Below the pieces are notes generated by a model. It did not search any database and had not been told where the DNA came from. It was given only the letters and a program-made list of their open reading frames with translations. A stretch of 61,388 nucleotides of DNA, counting the filler. It is 8 parts of 8 records of this genome, joined end to end, with 100 filler letters (N's around TTAATTAATTAA, not from the genome) between each part and the next. Parts side by side here need not be neighbours in the genome. Positions count along the whole stretch, not along the records: positions 20,107 to 26,680 come from SRR31156797_58939; positions 26,781 to 40,667 come from SRR31156797_58962; 6 more parts are not named here. One strand, given 5' to 3'. Made by a program: the position numbers and the translations under genes. Below are positions 20,107 through 31,044 of this stretch, piece by piece. Numbering within the stretch: position 1 is the stretch's first letter; every line of letters begins with the position of its first letter.

Positions 20107-21729
20107 CAATCCTGCCAGGATTGCGGCGGCGCGCGGCTGAGGCCTGAGGCCATCGCCGTGACGGTCGGGGCCCGGAATATCTGCGAGCTGACCAGCCTCA
20201 GTACCGCCAAAGCCCAGAAGTTCTTCGGCAAGCTCAAGCTGGACGAAGAGCGCGCCATCATCGCCACCCAGATCCTCAAAGAGATTAAGGCCCGGCTGAA
20301 GTTCATGGTCGACGTGGGCCTGGGGTACCTGACGCTCGATCGTATCAGCAGCACGCTGGCCGGCGGCGAGGCCCAACGGATTCGCCTGGCCACCCAGGTT
20401 GGCAGTGGGCTGGTCGGCGTCTGCTACGTCCTGGACGAGCCGACGATCGGGCTGCACAATCGCGACAACGACCGCCTGCTGGGCATTCTCCAGAAGCTCA
20501 GCCAGATCGGTAACAGCGTCATCGTCGTTGAGCATGATGAAGACATCATTCGCGCCGCCGACCATATCGTCGACATTGGCCCGGCCGCCGGCACGCACGG
20601 GGGCCGGCTCGTGGCCCAGGGAACGCTCGACGATATCGTCAACTGCGGAGAATCGCTGACCGGCCAGTATCTCAGTGGCGCAAAGCGCATCAAGCTGCCG
20701 GCCAAACGCCGTAAGTACAGCTTGCGCAAGTGCATCGAAGTCAAGGGCGCCGCCCAGAACAATCTCAAGGAAATCAACGTCAAATTCCCGCTGGGCTGTT
20801 TCGTCTGTGTCACCGGCGTTTCCGGCTCAGGTAAGAGCACCCTGGTCAATCAGATCCTCCTGCGGGCCCTGAAGCGCCGGCTCTACCAGTCACGCGAGAG
20901 ACCGGGCAAGCACAAGAACGTCCTCGGGATCTCCCAGGTCGACAAGGTGATCGAAATCGATCAGTCTCCGATCGGCAAGACGCCCCGGAGCAATCCCGCC
21001 ACCTATACCGGCGCGTTCGATCAGATCCGCAAGTTGTTCTCCATGACGCGGGAGGCCAAGATCCGTGGCTACAAGCCTGGGCGGTTCAGCTTCAACGTCA
21101 AGGGCGGACGCTGCGAATCCTGCAAAGGCCAGGGCACTAAGAAGATCGAGATGCACTTCCTGCCCGATGTCTATGTGACCTGCCAGAACTGCAAAGGCAC
21201 GCGGTACAACCGCGAGACGCTCCAGGTCACCTACAAGGGCAAGAGCATTGCCGACGTGCTCGACATGCGGGCCGAGGACGCGGTGGATTTCTTCGCCAAC
21301 TTCCCCGCCACCGTGCGCATCCTCAAGACGCTCACGGACGTCGGCCTCGGATACGTCCAATTGGGCCAATCGTCCACCACGCTCTCGGGGGGCGAGGCCC
21401 AGCGGGTCAAGCTCTCGTCCGAACTGGGCAAGGCCGCCACGGGCCATACGCTCTATCTGCTGGATGAGCCCACCACGGGCCTGCATTTTGCCGACATTCA
21501 GAACCTCCTGAACGTCCTCCAGCGGCTCTGCGACATGGGCAATACCGTCGTCGTGATCGAACACAACCTTGATGTGATCAAGATCGCCGATTATATAATA
21601 GACCTCGGCCCCGAGGGTGGCGACGGTGGCGGAACCGTGGTGGCCGCCGGCAAGCCCGAGGACATTGTCAAGAATACCAAGAGCTATACCGCCAAGTTCT
21701 TGAAGTCCAGATTGGAAGCCGACAAATAG
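20107..21729 (+). CDS. uvrA: Excinuclease ABC subunit A (C-terminal part, 5' truncated)
   Basis: [43 protein letters not shown] zinc finger and [11 protein letters not shown]. The frame is open from the contig edge. Confidence 0.97.
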   Translation, partial: QSCQDCGGARLRPEAIAVTVGARNICELTSLSTAKAQKFFGKLKLDEERAIIATQILKEIKARLKFMVDVGLGYLTLDRISSTLAGGEAQRIRLATQVGSGLVGVCYVLDEPTIGLHNRDNDRLLGILQKLSQIGNSVIVVEHDEDIIRAADHIVDIGPAAGTHGGRLVAQGTLDDIVNCGESLTGQYLSGAKRIKLPAKRRKYSLRKCIEVKGAAQNNLKEINVKFPLGCFVCVTGVSGSGKSTLVNQILLRALKRRLYQSRERPGKHKNVLGISQVDKVIEIDQSPIGKTPRSNPATYTGAFDQIRKLFSMTREAKIRGYKPGRFSFNVKGGRCESCKGQGTKKIEMHFLPDVYVTCQNCKGTRYNRETLQVTYKGKSIADVLDMRAEDAVDFFANFPATVRILKTLTDVGLGYVQLGQSSTTLSGGEAQRVKLSSELGKAATGHTLYLLDEPTTGLHFADIQNLLNVLQRLCDMGNTVVVIEHNLDVIKIADYIIDLGPEGGDGGGTVVAAGKPEDIVKNTKSYTAKFLKSRLEADK

Positions 21730-21754
21730 AACCGCGACAGGAGGTACTGCCGTC

Positions 21755-24427
21755 TTGAGTAAACCAGCAGCCACACAGCCTCGTCAATGGGAGTTTCAGC
21801 TCAGCACCATTGCAGACCTCAAACAACTCAGCCAGCGGTTGGGCGTCGACGTCCAGGCAACGGAAGATGTCTCCATCCTGGCCCAACCGGTCGCGTTCGG
21901 TGGTCTGACGATTCCGAATTCACTGTCCGTCCACGCCATGGAGGGCTGCGATGGTGATTTCCAGGGCCAGCCCAGCAAGCTGACCGTCCGTCGCTACGAG
22001 CGTTTCGGGGCCGGTGGAGCGGGGCTGCTGTGGGCCGAGGCGATTGCCGTCGTGCCCGAGGCCCGGGCCAACCCGCGCCAGTTGTGGCTGCACGAGGGCA
22101 GTAAGGACGCGTTTGCCGCCATGGTCCAGCGGGCCCGCGCCAAAGCCACCGAGGCCAACGGAAAAGATCATCGCCCCGTCATGGTGGCCCAACTGACGCA
22201 TTCGGGCCGCTACAGCAAACCCGACGGCACCGCCCGCCCGATCATCGGGCAGCGCGACCCGTATCGCGATTGCCTGGTGCCCCAGTGGCCCCCGCACACC
22301 AAGGGCAAGAGCAAGCTCCTGGACGATTATCCCCTCGTGACGGATGAATATCTCGATAAGCTTCAGGAGGCCTATGTCGAGGCGGCTCGGATCGCGTTTG
22401 AGATCGGCTTCGACGCCGTCGATATCAAGTCCTGTCACGGATATCTGATCAACGAACTGCTGGCCTGTCACAACCGTCCGGGCAAATACGGCGGCTCGTT
22501 CGAGAACCGCACGCGACTGCTCGTCGAGACCGTCGAGCGGGTGCGCCGCGAACTCGGAGACAAGGGCCAGGTCGTCACGCGGCTCGGTATCTACGACGCG
22601 ATTCCCTACCCTTACGGCTGGGGGGTCGACAAGGACGACTACACCAAGCCCGACCTGACCGAGCCCAAGAAACTGGTGGGGATGCTCAAGGAGCGTGGCG
22701 TCGGGCTCATCGATATCACCATCGCCAATCCGTATTACAACCCCCACGTGGGCCGGCCCTTCAACGAGCCCATCATTGGGGGCTACAATGAACCCGAGCA
22801 TCCCCTGACGGGCGTCGCGCGACTCGTGAGTGTCACGGGCGAGATGCAGAAGGCCCATCCGGACGTCGCTCTGGTCGGCACCGGATACAGTTGGCTGCGG
22901 ACGCTGATGGCCAATGTCGGCGCCGCCAACAAGGCCGCGGGGCTCGTCACCATCGTGGGCGGCGGGCGCATGGCCTTCGCCTATCCCGACTTCGCCCGGG
23001 ATATCGTCACCAAGGGCAGGATGGCCCCCGAGAAGGTCTGCGTCGGGTGCAGCGCGTGCACGCAGATCATGCGGGACGCCGGCCGGACCGGCTGCGTCGT
23101 GCGGGACAATGCGGTGTACGGCCCGATCTTCAAGCACGGTCGCATGAGCGATCGAGAGAACCTGCTGCGTCTCGCGGCCGATTGCCGCGGTTGCCAGGAG
23201 CCGACGTGCCAGCTCGCCTGCCCGGCCGGCATCCAAATCCCGAAATTCATCGACCTGTTCCTCGACGGCAATGAACAGGAGGCCTACGAGGTCATCCGCC
23301 AGGCCAACGTCTTCCCCGAGGTTTGCGCCTGGCTCTGCCCGGTCGAGCAGCAATGCCAGGGCAACTGCCTGCAAAACTTCATCGGCGATGGCCCCCTGCC
23401 GATCTCCGACATTCAAAGATATCTGTCCGAGCAGGCCAACAAGCACGGCTGGTCCACGCTGCGGATTCCCGAGAAGACGACAGGCAAGAAGATCGCCGTG
23501 ATCGGCGCCGGGCCCGCGGGCCTGGCCTGCGCCGCGCGACTGCTTGAAGCGGGCCACGCCGTGACGATCTTCGACAAGAGCACCGAATTCGGCGGCATGG
23601 TCGAATCCGTGATTCCTGCCGACCGGCAGAGCAGCGCCCTGCGCAACGAACTGAAGGCGATCTTTGCCGACGTCCCCGAAGACCGCATGACGCTCCGTCT
23701 GGGACAGGAACTCGGCAGCCAGCAAAACCTCGATACCATCCTGGCCCAAGACTTTGACGCCGCCTTCATCGGCCTGGGCCTGCCCGAGGCCACGAGTGTC
23801 ACCGAGACGCAGCTCGACGGCCTCTGGAACGCCATGGACTTCTTGTCCGAGGCCAAGCAACCGGGCAAGCTGGACCTGGCCGGTCAATCCATCGGGGTGA
23901 TCGGTGGAGGCAATACCGCGATGGACGTCGCTGTGACGGCCAAACAGCTCGGCGCCAAGGACGTCTACCTGATCTATCGCCGTTCGTTCAAGGAGATGCC
24001 CGCCTGGGGCGCCGAACGCCAGCGGGCGATTGACGAGGGCGTCCACTTCCTGATTCTGACGCAACCACTCGACTACACCGGTACCGATGGCAAGCTGACA
24101 GGCATCAAGCTTTGCCCCACGCAACTGGGCGATCCGGATCAGAGCGGGCGACGCCGGCCCGAGCCCGTGACAGCGAGCGCATACGATCTCGAGATGGATC
24201 TGGTGGTCGAGGCGATCGGCCAGTCGGCCGCCGGCGATATCGAACAGACCTTGCCCGGCGTGGAGATTGTCCGCGGACTCATCCAAACGCGTAACGGATC
24301 GCTCGCCACGTCACGGACGGCGGTGTTTGCCGGGGGCGACCTCGTCCACGGACCGTCCACGGTGGTGGCCGCCGTCGCCGACGGCATGCGGGCCGCCCGG
24401 GAAATCGATCAATTTCTGCAATCTTAA
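21755..24427 (+). CDS. Fusion oxidoreductase: OYE-like FMN TIM barrel + [4Fe-4S] + GltD/PreT-like Fe-S/FAD/NAD(P)H module
   Basis: AMEGCDG, QLTHSGR, DIKSCHGYL, YGGSFENRTR; CVGCSAC-x11-C; CRGCQEPTCQLACP..VCAWLCP..QCQGNC; GAGPAG, GGGNTAMD, YRRS and FAGGD. TTG start after CAGGAGG. Confidence 0.85.
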   Translation: MSKPAATQPRQWEFQLSTIADLKQLSQRLGVDVQATEDVSILAQPVAFGGLTIPNSLSVHAMEGCDGDFQGQPSKLTVRRYERFGAGGAGLLWAEAIAVVPEARANPRQLWLHEGSKDAFAAMVQRARAKATEANGKDHRPVMVAQLTHSGRYSKPDGTARPIIGQRDPYRDCLVPQWPPHTKGKSKLLDDYPLVTDEYLDKLQEAYVEAARIAFEIGFDAVDIKSCHGYLINELLACHNRPGKYGGSFENRTRLLVETVERVRRELGDKGQVVTRLGIYDAIPYPYGWGVDKDDYTKPDLTEPKKLVGMLKERGVGLIDITIANPYYNPHVGRPFNEPIIGGYNEPEHPLTGVARLVSVTGEMQKAHPDVALVGTGYSWLRTLMANVGAANKAAGLVTIVGGGRMAFAYPDFARDIVTKGRMAPEKVCVGCSACTQIMRDAGRTGCVVRDNAVYGPIFKHGRMSDRENLLRLAADCRGCQEPTCQLACPAGIQIPKFIDLFLDGNEQEAYEVIRQANVFPEVCAWLCPVEQQCQGNCLQNFIGDGPLPISDIQRYLSEQANKHGWSTLRIPEKTTGKKIAVIGAGPAGLACAARLLEAGHAVTIFDKSTEFGGMVESVIPADRQSSALRNELKAIFADVPEDRMTLRLGQELGSQQNLDTILAQDFDAAFIGLGLPEATSVTETQLDGLWNAMDFLSEAKQPGKLDLAGQSIGVIGGGNTAMDVAVTAKQLGAKDVYLIYRRSFKEMPAWGAERQRAIDEGVHFLILTQPLDYTGTDGKLTGIKLCPTQLGDPDQSGRRRPEPVTASAYDLEMDLVVEAIGQSAAGDIEQTLPGVEIVRGLIQTRNGSLATSRTAVFAGGDLVHGPSTVVAAVADGMRAAREIDQFLQS

Positions 24428-24452
24428 TCACCATCAAGAGGGGATCTTTGTC

Positions 24453-25250
24453 ATGGCAGATAGACCCGTAGCAATCGTCACCGGGGGCAGTCGTGGAATC
24501 GGCAAGGGCATCGCACTGGAACTGGCCCGGTTGGGCTACGATCTGATGATCGCCCATTTCGATTTCAATGAGCAGGGCCAGCCCGATGAAACGAACGCTC
24601 AGCAGACCCAGAAGGACGCGGCCGATCTTGGGGCCAAGTGCGAATCCATGCGCGTCGACGTCAGCAGTGCGGCTGATCGCACGAAACTGGTCGAGGCGAC
24701 CAAGAGCACGTTCGGCCGCTGTCACCTGCTGGCCAACAACGCCGGCGTCGCCCCCTCGAAACGGCTCGATCTGCTGGAGGCCACGGAAGAGAGCTTCGAT
24801 CGCGTCATGAACATCAACCTCAAGGGCCCCTACTTCCTGACCCAGACGGTCGCCAACTGGATGATCGAGCAGAAGAAGAGCGACCCCGAAGGCGGCTACC
24901 GTATCGTCAATACCGGATCGATTTCCGCGTACACGAGCAGCCCCGGACGCGGCGAGTATTGCGTCAGCAAGGCCGCGATCGGTATGATGACCATGCTCTA
25001 TGCCGACCGGCTGGCCGAGTTCGGCATCGGCGTCTTCGAGATCCGGCCCGGCATCATCAAGACCGACATGACCAAGGTCGTCACCGCCAAGTACGATAAG
25101 CTGATCGCCGAGGGGATCACGCCCATCAAACGCTGGGGCTATCCCGACGACATCGGCAAGGCCGTGGGCGCCATCGCCGAAGGCAGGCTCGATTTCTCCA
25201 CGGGCCAGGTCATCAACGTCGACGGCGGGTTCCACCTGCGGCGACTGTAG
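24453..25250 (+). CDS. SDR oxidoreductase (3-ketoacyl-ACP reductase-like, probably sugar/sugar-acid dehydrogenase)
   Basis: TGGSRGIG, NNAG, YCVSK and VDGGFH; ATG at 24453 after GAGGGG. Confidence 0.88.
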   Translation: MADRPVAIVTGGSRGIGKGIALELARLGYDLMIAHFDFNEQGQPDETNAQQTQKDAADLGAKCESMRVDVSSAADRTKLVEATKSTFGRCHLLANNAGVAPSKRLDLLEATEESFDRVMNINLKGPYFLTQTVANWMIEQKKSDPEGGYRIVNTGSISAYTSSPGRGEYCVSKAAIGMMTMLYADRLAEFGIGVFEIRPGIIKTDMTKVVTAKYDKLIAEGITPIKRWGYPDDIGKAVGAIAEGRLDFSTGQVINVDGGFHLRRL

Positions 25251-25311
25251 AAAAGAATAGGTCCAATAGGTCCTATAGGACCTATTCATTGCCAGGAGGC
25301 GCGAGAGACCG

Positions 25312-26097
25312 ATGGACATCAAAACAACGATCACCACACTGCTGCGCGACGGATTCATTCTCGTCTTCAACCAGGACAAGCTCGACATCGTTAAGACAGC
25401 CGAGGCGCTCATCGCGGCCGGCATCAACAACATGGAAGTGACGTGCCGGATCAAGCGGCCTTTAGAGAAGCTCGAGCGGTTGCGCCAGGAACTGCCTGAT
25501 TTCGTCGCGGGCGCCGCCAGTCTGATCGACTGGCCCGACATGCTCAAGGTCTACAACGCGGCTCATCCGGACGACCCGTTGCCTTCGCTGCAACAGGTCG
25601 TCGATGCCGGCGCGAGCTACCTCGTCTCGGCGGTCAACTTCAGCGATGCCCGCCTCGTCAAGTTCGGCGGCACCGTCCCCATGATCCCGGGCTGCGGCAG
25701 CGCGACCGAGGTTGTCAGCCAGTATGCCAAGGGCGCCAACCTCTGCAAGATCTTCCCGGCCAAGCAACTCGGCGGCCCGGCTTATGTCAAGGCCATCGAC
25801 CCGGCTATCCACAAGATGATCAGCCTCGTCCCCACGGGCGGCACGAACGCCGAGAACATCCCCGACTATATTGGCGCGGGCGTCCTCGTGCTCGGCGGCT
25901 CGTTCAGCATGATCGACAAGGCCACGCTCAAGAAGATCGTCGAGGAGCAGGACTACGAACTGCTGGCCCAGGAGCTAGCCGTCGTCAAGGTGCTCATCGA
26001 CCGGCTCCGCCAGGAGAAATACCCGGGTTTGGACTTCGCCACGGCCTCACTCGAAGACATAAGCCAGACCACGGGACGGAATTTCAATATCGGCTAA
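25312..26097 (+). CDS. KDPG/KHG aldolase (Eda)-like protein
   Basis: MEVTCR, IPGCGSATEV, Schiff-base KIFPA and PTGG motifs, with insertions relative to Eda. Confidence 0.82.
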   Translation: MDIKTTITTLLRDGFILVFNQDKLDIVKTAEALIAAGINNMEVTCRIKRPLEKLERLRQELPDFVAGAASLIDWPDMLKVYNAAHPDDPLPSLQQVVDAGASYLVSAVNFSDARLVKFGGTVPMIPGCGSATEVVSQYAKGANLCKIFPAKQLGGPAYVKAIDPAIHKMISLVPTGGTNAENIPDYIGAGVLVLGGSFSMIDKATLKKIVEEQDYELLAQELAVVKVLIDRLRQEKYPGLDFATASLEDISQTTGRNFNIG

Positions 26098-26120
26098 GAA
26101 CACGATAGCGGAGGTGTGCC

Positions 26121-26680
26121 ATGTCACAAGCGAGAAGCGCCAGATCGTATCAACACCGCTCTTGCCGGCCCTGGGCCGTTCTCATTGCATTGTTGTTCGC
26201 GACACTGGCGTCTGCCACCGGCGGATCCGACGCGCCCCTGACATTGAATACCAAAGACACCGGCTATCGCGGCATTTGGTATATGAATCAGCCGCTCAAG
26301 AACGAGTATCGCTACAAGTACAGCGGCGGGCTCGGCACCTACTGTGCCAAGCACAGGCCGTTCGCCGTCTACTGTGACGAAGTCAAAAGGACTTTCTTCT
26401 GCTACGGCGGGACACCCGATGGCGAGAGGGAAAACAAGACCCTGTTGCACATGGTCTCGTATTACGATCACCGCACGGGCATGGTCCCCCGGCCGACGAT
26501 TCTGCTCGACAAGCACACCACAGACGCCCATGACAACCCGGTCATCGCGGTGGACGATGAGGGATTCATCTGGATCTTCTCGACCTCGCATGGGACGTCA
26601 CGACCTTCCTACATTCATCACAGCGTCCGCCCGTACGATGTGAATGAATTCGTCCAGGTTCCGGTGACCAAGATCGAAGC
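26121..26680 (+). CDS. Secreted BNR-4 repeat (beta-propeller) protein, 3' truncated
   Basis: Signal peptide, YSGGLGTYCAKH and DAHDNPVIAVDDEGFIWIFSTSHG motif. Confidence 0.7.
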
Positions 26681-26780
26681 NNNNNNNNNNNNNNNNNNNN
26701 NNNNNNNNNNNNNNNNNNNNNNNNTTAATTAATTAANNNNNNNNNNNNNNNNNNNNNNNNNNNNNNNNNNNNNNNNNNNN
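26681..26780. other. Artificial contig linker
   Basis: N44-TTAATTAATTAA-N44. Confidence 0.99.
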
Positions 26781-27238
26781 AGATCGTCGCGGTCGATGAG
26801 CGCCCGGGCCGCGGCCAGGGCGTAATTGCCGCCGGACCCGATGGCGATCAATCCGTCTTCGGGTTCCAGCACGTCGCCGGTGCCGGTCAGGACCAGGGAG
26901 ACTTCCTTGTCGGCGACCGCCATCATCGCTTCCAGGCGGCGCAGGTAGCGATCCGTGCGCCAGTCCTTGGCCATCTCGACACAGGCCCGGGCCAATTGCG
27001 TCGGATACTGTTCGAGCCGGCCTTCAAGGCGTTCGAACAGGGCGAAGGCGTCGGCGGTGGCGCCGGCAAAGCCGGCGATGACCTTGCCGTCGCCGATGCG
27101 CCTGACCTTGGCGGCGTTCGATTTGATGACGGTCTGACCGAGGGTGACCTGGCCGTCACCGGCGATGACCACGGAATCGCCCTTGCGGATGCAAAGAACC
27201 GTCGTGCCGTACCAGGTATTGGGATCGGTGTGATTCAT
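26781..27238 (-). CDS. hslV: ATP-dependent protease subunit HslV (3' truncated)
   Basis: GTTVL N-terminal nucleophile, [28 protein letters not shown] and IGSGG. Confidence 0.97.
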
Positions 27239-27436
27239 GATTGGCGCTGCCTTGTCTGGGCGCGGCCCGACCGGGCCGTCGATGGGGCGTCATTGCCGTT
27301 GATTTATGCCGCTGGCGGCGCCCCGTCAAGGAAGCGGCGGCGGCAATCGCGCCGAACGGTCCGCAAAAACGCCGCGCTCTTTCGATTTTCGCAGGTTCCT
27401 GTTACAAGGAGCCGTTGTTTGCCAAGGAGACCCGCA

Positions 27437-28036
27437 ATGCGTAAGGCGAGCGTCGAACGCAAGACGACCGAAACCCGGATCGCCGCCACCGTCAATCTCG
27501 ACGGTACCGGCGCCTATGACATCAAGACGGGTATCGGATTCCTCGACCACATGATGGAACAGGTGGCCCGCCACAGCCTGATCGATATTGACGTATCGGC
27601 CGACGGCGACCTGCACATCGATTTCCATCACACCACCGAGGACGTCGGCATCGTCATCGGCCAGGCGGTCAACCAGGCCCTCGGCGAACGCAAGGGTATC
27701 GGGCGATATGGCACCGCCATCGCGCCGATGGACGAGGCCCTGTCGCGGGTGGCGCTGGACGCGTCGAACCGGCCCTATCTGGTCTGGAAGGTCGAGTTCG
27801 TGCGCGACAAGCTGGGCGAAATGGACACCGAGTTGTTCCGCGAATGGTTCCAGGCCTTTTCCCAGGCCGCCGGCCTGACCCTGCATGTCGAGAATTTTTA
27901 CGGCGATAACAACCACCATATCGCCGAATCGCTGTTCAAGGCGTTGGCGAGAGCGCTTCGCCAGGCGGTCGAGACCGATCCCCGCAAGGCCGACGCGGTG
28001 CCGTCGACCAAGGGCGTGCTCGGCGGCTCGCTGTAG
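27437..28036 (+). CDS. hisB: Imidazoleglycerol-phosphate dehydratase
   Basis: [30 protein letters not shown] and PSTKG; ATG at 27437 after AAGGAG. Confidence 0.97.
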   Translation: MRKASVERKTTETRIAATVNLDGTGAYDIKTGIGFLDHMMEQVARHSLIDIDVSADGDLHIDFHHTTEDVGIVIGQAVNQALGERKGIGRYGTAIAPMDEALSRVALDASNRPYLVWKVEFVRDKLGEMDTELFREWFQAFSQAAGLTLHVENFYGDNNHHIAESLFKALARALRQAVETDPRKADAVPSTKGVLGGSL

Positions 28037-28062
28037 ACCCGTTTTACCGGTTCGATCGATCC

Positions 28063-28449
28063 ATGCGCGTCTATACGGTTCATTTCCGCCAACATCTGGG
28101 CGATCCGGACTTCGTTCTGATCAAGGAGGGGTTCTGCTGGCCGGCCTTTCTGCTGTCCGTATTCTGGGCGCTTTGGCACCGGCTTTGGCTGGTTGCCGTT
28201 TTGATGATTGCGGCATCGGTGGCGCTGAGTGCGGTCGGGGTCTTTCTGGGACTTGATCCGCTGGCCGAGACGGCGCTATCCATCGGCTTCGCCCTGTTGA
28301 TCGGCTATTTCGCCAACGATGCGCGTCGCTGGGTTTTGGACCGGCGCGGTTTTTCGGAAGAGGGGATCGTCGTCGGCGGCGGCGAGGACGAGGCGCTCCG
28401 GCGGTTTTTGGCAAACGCGCCGGTTATGACGGGAGATATACGGCCGTGA
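28063..28449 (+). CDS. DUF2628-like membrane protein
   Basis: [21 protein letters not shown] and EALRRF; typical position between hisB and hisH in alphaproteobacteria. Confidence 0.8.
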   Translation: MRVYTVHFRQHLGDPDFVLIKEGFCWPAFLLSVFWALWHRLWLVAVLMIAASVALSAVGVFLGLDPLAETALSIGFALLIGYFANDARRWVLDRRGFSEEGIVVGGGEDEALRRFLANAPVMTGDIRP

Positions 28450-29090
28450 GTGTCGCCATCATCGATTACGGATCGGGCAACCTGCGTTCGGCCGCCAAGG
28501 CTTTCGAACGGACCCTGCGCGAACTCGGCCGGGACGAACCGGTCCTGGTCACCGACGTTGCCGACGTTGTCGCGCGGGCCGATCGCATCGTCCTGCCCGG
28601 CGTCGGCGCCTTTGCCGATTGCATGGCCGGCCTGTCCGCCGTGCCGGGCATGCTGGATGCGCTCACCGAAGCGGTAATCAAGGGCGGCCGGCCGTTTCTC
28701 GGCATCTGCGTCGGCATGCAACTGATGGCCGAGGTTGGCCGCGAATTCGGCGATCATCCGGGTTTGGGCTGGATCTCGGGCGAGGTGGTAGCGATTGAAC
28801 CCGACGATCCATCCCTCAAAATTCCGCATATGGGCTGGAACGAACTGCGCCTGGCGGGCGGCGACCATGCCGTACTGGCCGGAATCGACGAAGGCGCGCA
28901 TGCCTATTTCGTGCATTCCTACGGCATGCGCTGTGCAGATCCGGCCGACGTTCTGGCAAGCGTCGAATACGGTGGCGCGATTACCGCCATGGTCGGGCAC
29001 GACAATATGATCGGCACCCAGTTTCACCCCGAGAAAAGCCAGCGTACCGGCCTGCGTTTCATCGCCAATTTCCTGAACTGGCGTCCGTGA
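28446..29090 (+). CDS. hisH: Imidazole glycerol phosphate synthase glutamine amidotransferase subunit
   Basis: [26 protein letters not shown] and QFHPEKS. Confidence 0.97.
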   Translation: MSVAIIDYGSGNLRSAAKAFERTLRELGRDEPVLVTDVADVVARADRIVLPGVGAFADCMAGLSAVPGMLDALTEAVIKGGRPFLGICVGMQLMAEVGREFGDHPGLGWISGEVVAIEPDDPSLKIPHMGWNELRLAGGDHAVLAGIDEGAHAYFVHSYGMRCADPADVLASVEYGGAITAMVGHDNMIGTQFHPEKSQRTGLRFIANFLNWRP

Positions 29091-29123
29091 GCGGCGCGAT
29101 TGCCCGAACCTTTGGATAACGAA

Positions 29124-29858
29124 ATGAAATTTCTTCCGGCCATCGACCTTAAAAACGGCCAATGCGTGCGGCTTGTGCAGGGCGACATGGAGCGCACGAC
29201 GGTGTTCAACGACGACCCGGCGGCCCAGGCCCGCGCCTTCGCCGATGCCGGTTGTTCGTGGCTGCATATGGTCGATCTCAACGGCGCCTTCGAAGGCCGC
29301 CCGGTCAATGCCGAAGCGGTGAAATCGGTTCTGGCGGCAACCGATCTGAAGGTCGAACTGGGCGGCGGCATCCGCACCATGGAAACGGTTTCGGCCTGGA
29401 TCGAAGCCGGGGTGACGCGCGTCATTCTGGGTACGGTAGCCCTGCGTGATCCCGATCTGGTCCGCGCCGCCTGCGCCGAATTTCCGGGGCGCATCGCCGT
29501 CGGCATCGACGCGAAGGACGGTTATGTCGCGGTCGAGGGCTGGGCCGAGGTCTCGCAAATGAAGGCGCTGGATCTGGCCCGCGCCTTCGAGGATGCCGGC
29601 GTCGCCGCCATCATCTACACCGACATCGCGCGCGACGGCGCCATGCAGGGCCCGAACCTGGAATCTACATTCGCCCTGGCCGATGCCGTATCGATTCCGA
29701 TCGTCTTGTCGGGCGGCGTTTCCTCGATGGCCGATCTCGAAGCGATCAAGGCGGCCGATCAAGGTCGGCTCGACGGCGTCATCAGCGGCCGGGCGGTCTA
29801 TGACGGGCGCATCGATCCGGCCGCCGCCGTCGCCCTTCTCGAAACCCCGGCCGGGTAG
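29124..29858 (+). CDS. hisA: ProFAR isomerase
   Basis: [24 protein letters not shown] and TDIARDG; likely ATG at 29124. Confidence 0.96.
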   Translation: MKFLPAIDLKNGQCVRLVQGDMERTTVFNDDPAAQARAFADAGCSWLHMVDLNGAFEGRPVNAEAVKSVLAATDLKVELGGGIRTMETVSAWIEAGVTRVILGTVALRDPDLVRAACAEFPGRIAVGIDAKDGYVAVEGWAEVSQMKALDLARAFEDAGVAAIIYTDIARDGAMQGPNLESTFALADAVSIPIVLSGGVSSMADLEAIKAADQGRLDGVISGRAVYDGRIDPAAAVALLETPAG

Positions 29859-29890
29859 GGGGAGCCGATAAAATGCTCAAGGCCAATTAA

Positions 29891-30664
29891 ATGCTAAAGG
29901 TACGCATCATTCCCTGCCTCGACGTTCGCGACGGCCGTGTCGTCAAGGGCGTCAACTTCGTCGATCTCATCGATGCCGGCGATCCGGTCGAACAGGCTTC
30001 CGTTTACGATCGTGCCGGCGCCGACGAGCTGACCTTCCTCGACATCACCGCCAGTCACGAAAACCGCGACACCATCTTCGACGTGGTGGGGCGCACCGCC
30101 GAGCGCTGCTTTATGCCGCTGACCGTCGGCGGCGGCGTGCGCAAGCTGGACGACATCCGCAAACTTCTTCTGGCCGGCGCCGACAAGGTTTCGATCAATA
30201 CGGCGGCCGTGTTCACGCCCGAATTCGTCGGCGAGGCGGCCGAAAAATTCGGCAGCCAGTGCATCGTCGTCGCGGTCGATGCCAAGCGCACCAATGGAGG
30301 CTTCGAGATCTATACCCACGGCGGGCGCAAACCGACCGGCATCGAGGCGATCGGCTGGTGCGAACGCATGGCCGAATTGGGCGCCGGCGAAATCCTGCTG
30401 ACCTCCATGGACCGCGACGGGACCAAGATCGGTTTTGATTTGGAGCTGACCCGGGCGATTGCCGATGCCGTGCCGATTCCGGTCATCGCGTCGGGCGGTG
30501 TCGGCACCCTCGATCACATGGTCGAAGGCGTGACGAAAGGTCATGCCTCGGCCGTCCTGGCGGCATCGATTTTTCATTTCGGCACCTACTCCATCGCCGA
30601 GACCAAGGCCTACATGAAGGCAGCCGGGGTTGCGGTGCGCGACGATCCGCCCGAGGACGGCTGA
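29891..30664 (+). CDS. hisF: Imidazole glycerol phosphate synthase cyclase subunit
   Basis: [27 protein letters not shown] and LAASIFHF. Confidence 0.98.
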   Translation: MLKVRIIPCLDVRDGRVVKGVNFVDLIDAGDPVEQASVYDRAGADELTFLDITASHENRDTIFDVVGRTAERCFMPLTVGGGVRKLDDIRKLLLAGADKVSINTAAVFTPEFVGEAAEKFGSQCIVVAVDAKRTNGGFEIYTHGGRKPTGIEAIGWCERMAELGAGEILLTSMDRDGTKIGFDLELTRAIADAVPIPVIASGGVGTLDHMVEGVTKGHASAVLAASIFHFGTYSIAETKAYMKAAGVAVRDDPPEDG

Positions 30665-30666
30665 TC

Positions 30667-31020
30667 ATGGCGGGCGCCGCCGACATCGCGGTCCTGGAGC
30701 GCCTGTTCGACGTTATCGAGGCGCGCAAAGGTTCCGATCCGGCAGACTCTTATACGGCACAGCTGCTAGCCGGCGGCCCCGAACGCATTGCCGCCAAGCT
30801 TGTCGAAGAGGCCGGCGAGACGGCGGAAGCGGCGCTTACCGAAACAACCGAACGATTGGCGACGGAAAGCGCCGATATTCTGTATCATCTTCTGGTGCTG
30901 TGGGCGGCGCGGGGGGTCGAACCGGCCGACGTTTGGGCCGAACTGACGCGCCGTGCAGGCGTTTCGGGACTGGCCGAGAAGGCAGGCCGCGGGGTGCCGC
31001 AAAAGAGCCGCGGCGATTGA
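30667..31020 (+). CDS. hisE: Phosphoribosyl-ATP pyrophosphatase
   Basis: SYTAQL, KLVEEAGE and ESADILYH. Confidence 0.95.
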   Translation: MAGAADIAVLERLFDVIEARKGSDPADSYTAQLLAGGPERIAAKLVEEAGETAEAALTETTERLATESADILYHLLVLWAARGVEPADVWAELTRRAGVSGLAEKAGRGVPQKSRGD

Positions 31021-31044
31021 GCGCAAGACAAGGGGAGACAAGGC

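Noticed and set aside
21920..24286. 788-aa antisense ORF opposite the OYE fusion (likewise 20890-21774, 24279-25547, 28305-29762, 30766-31992, 38141-39466)
   Set aside because: Shadow ORFs expected from GC-rich codon bias. They show no recognisable motifs and fully overlap well-supported genes.
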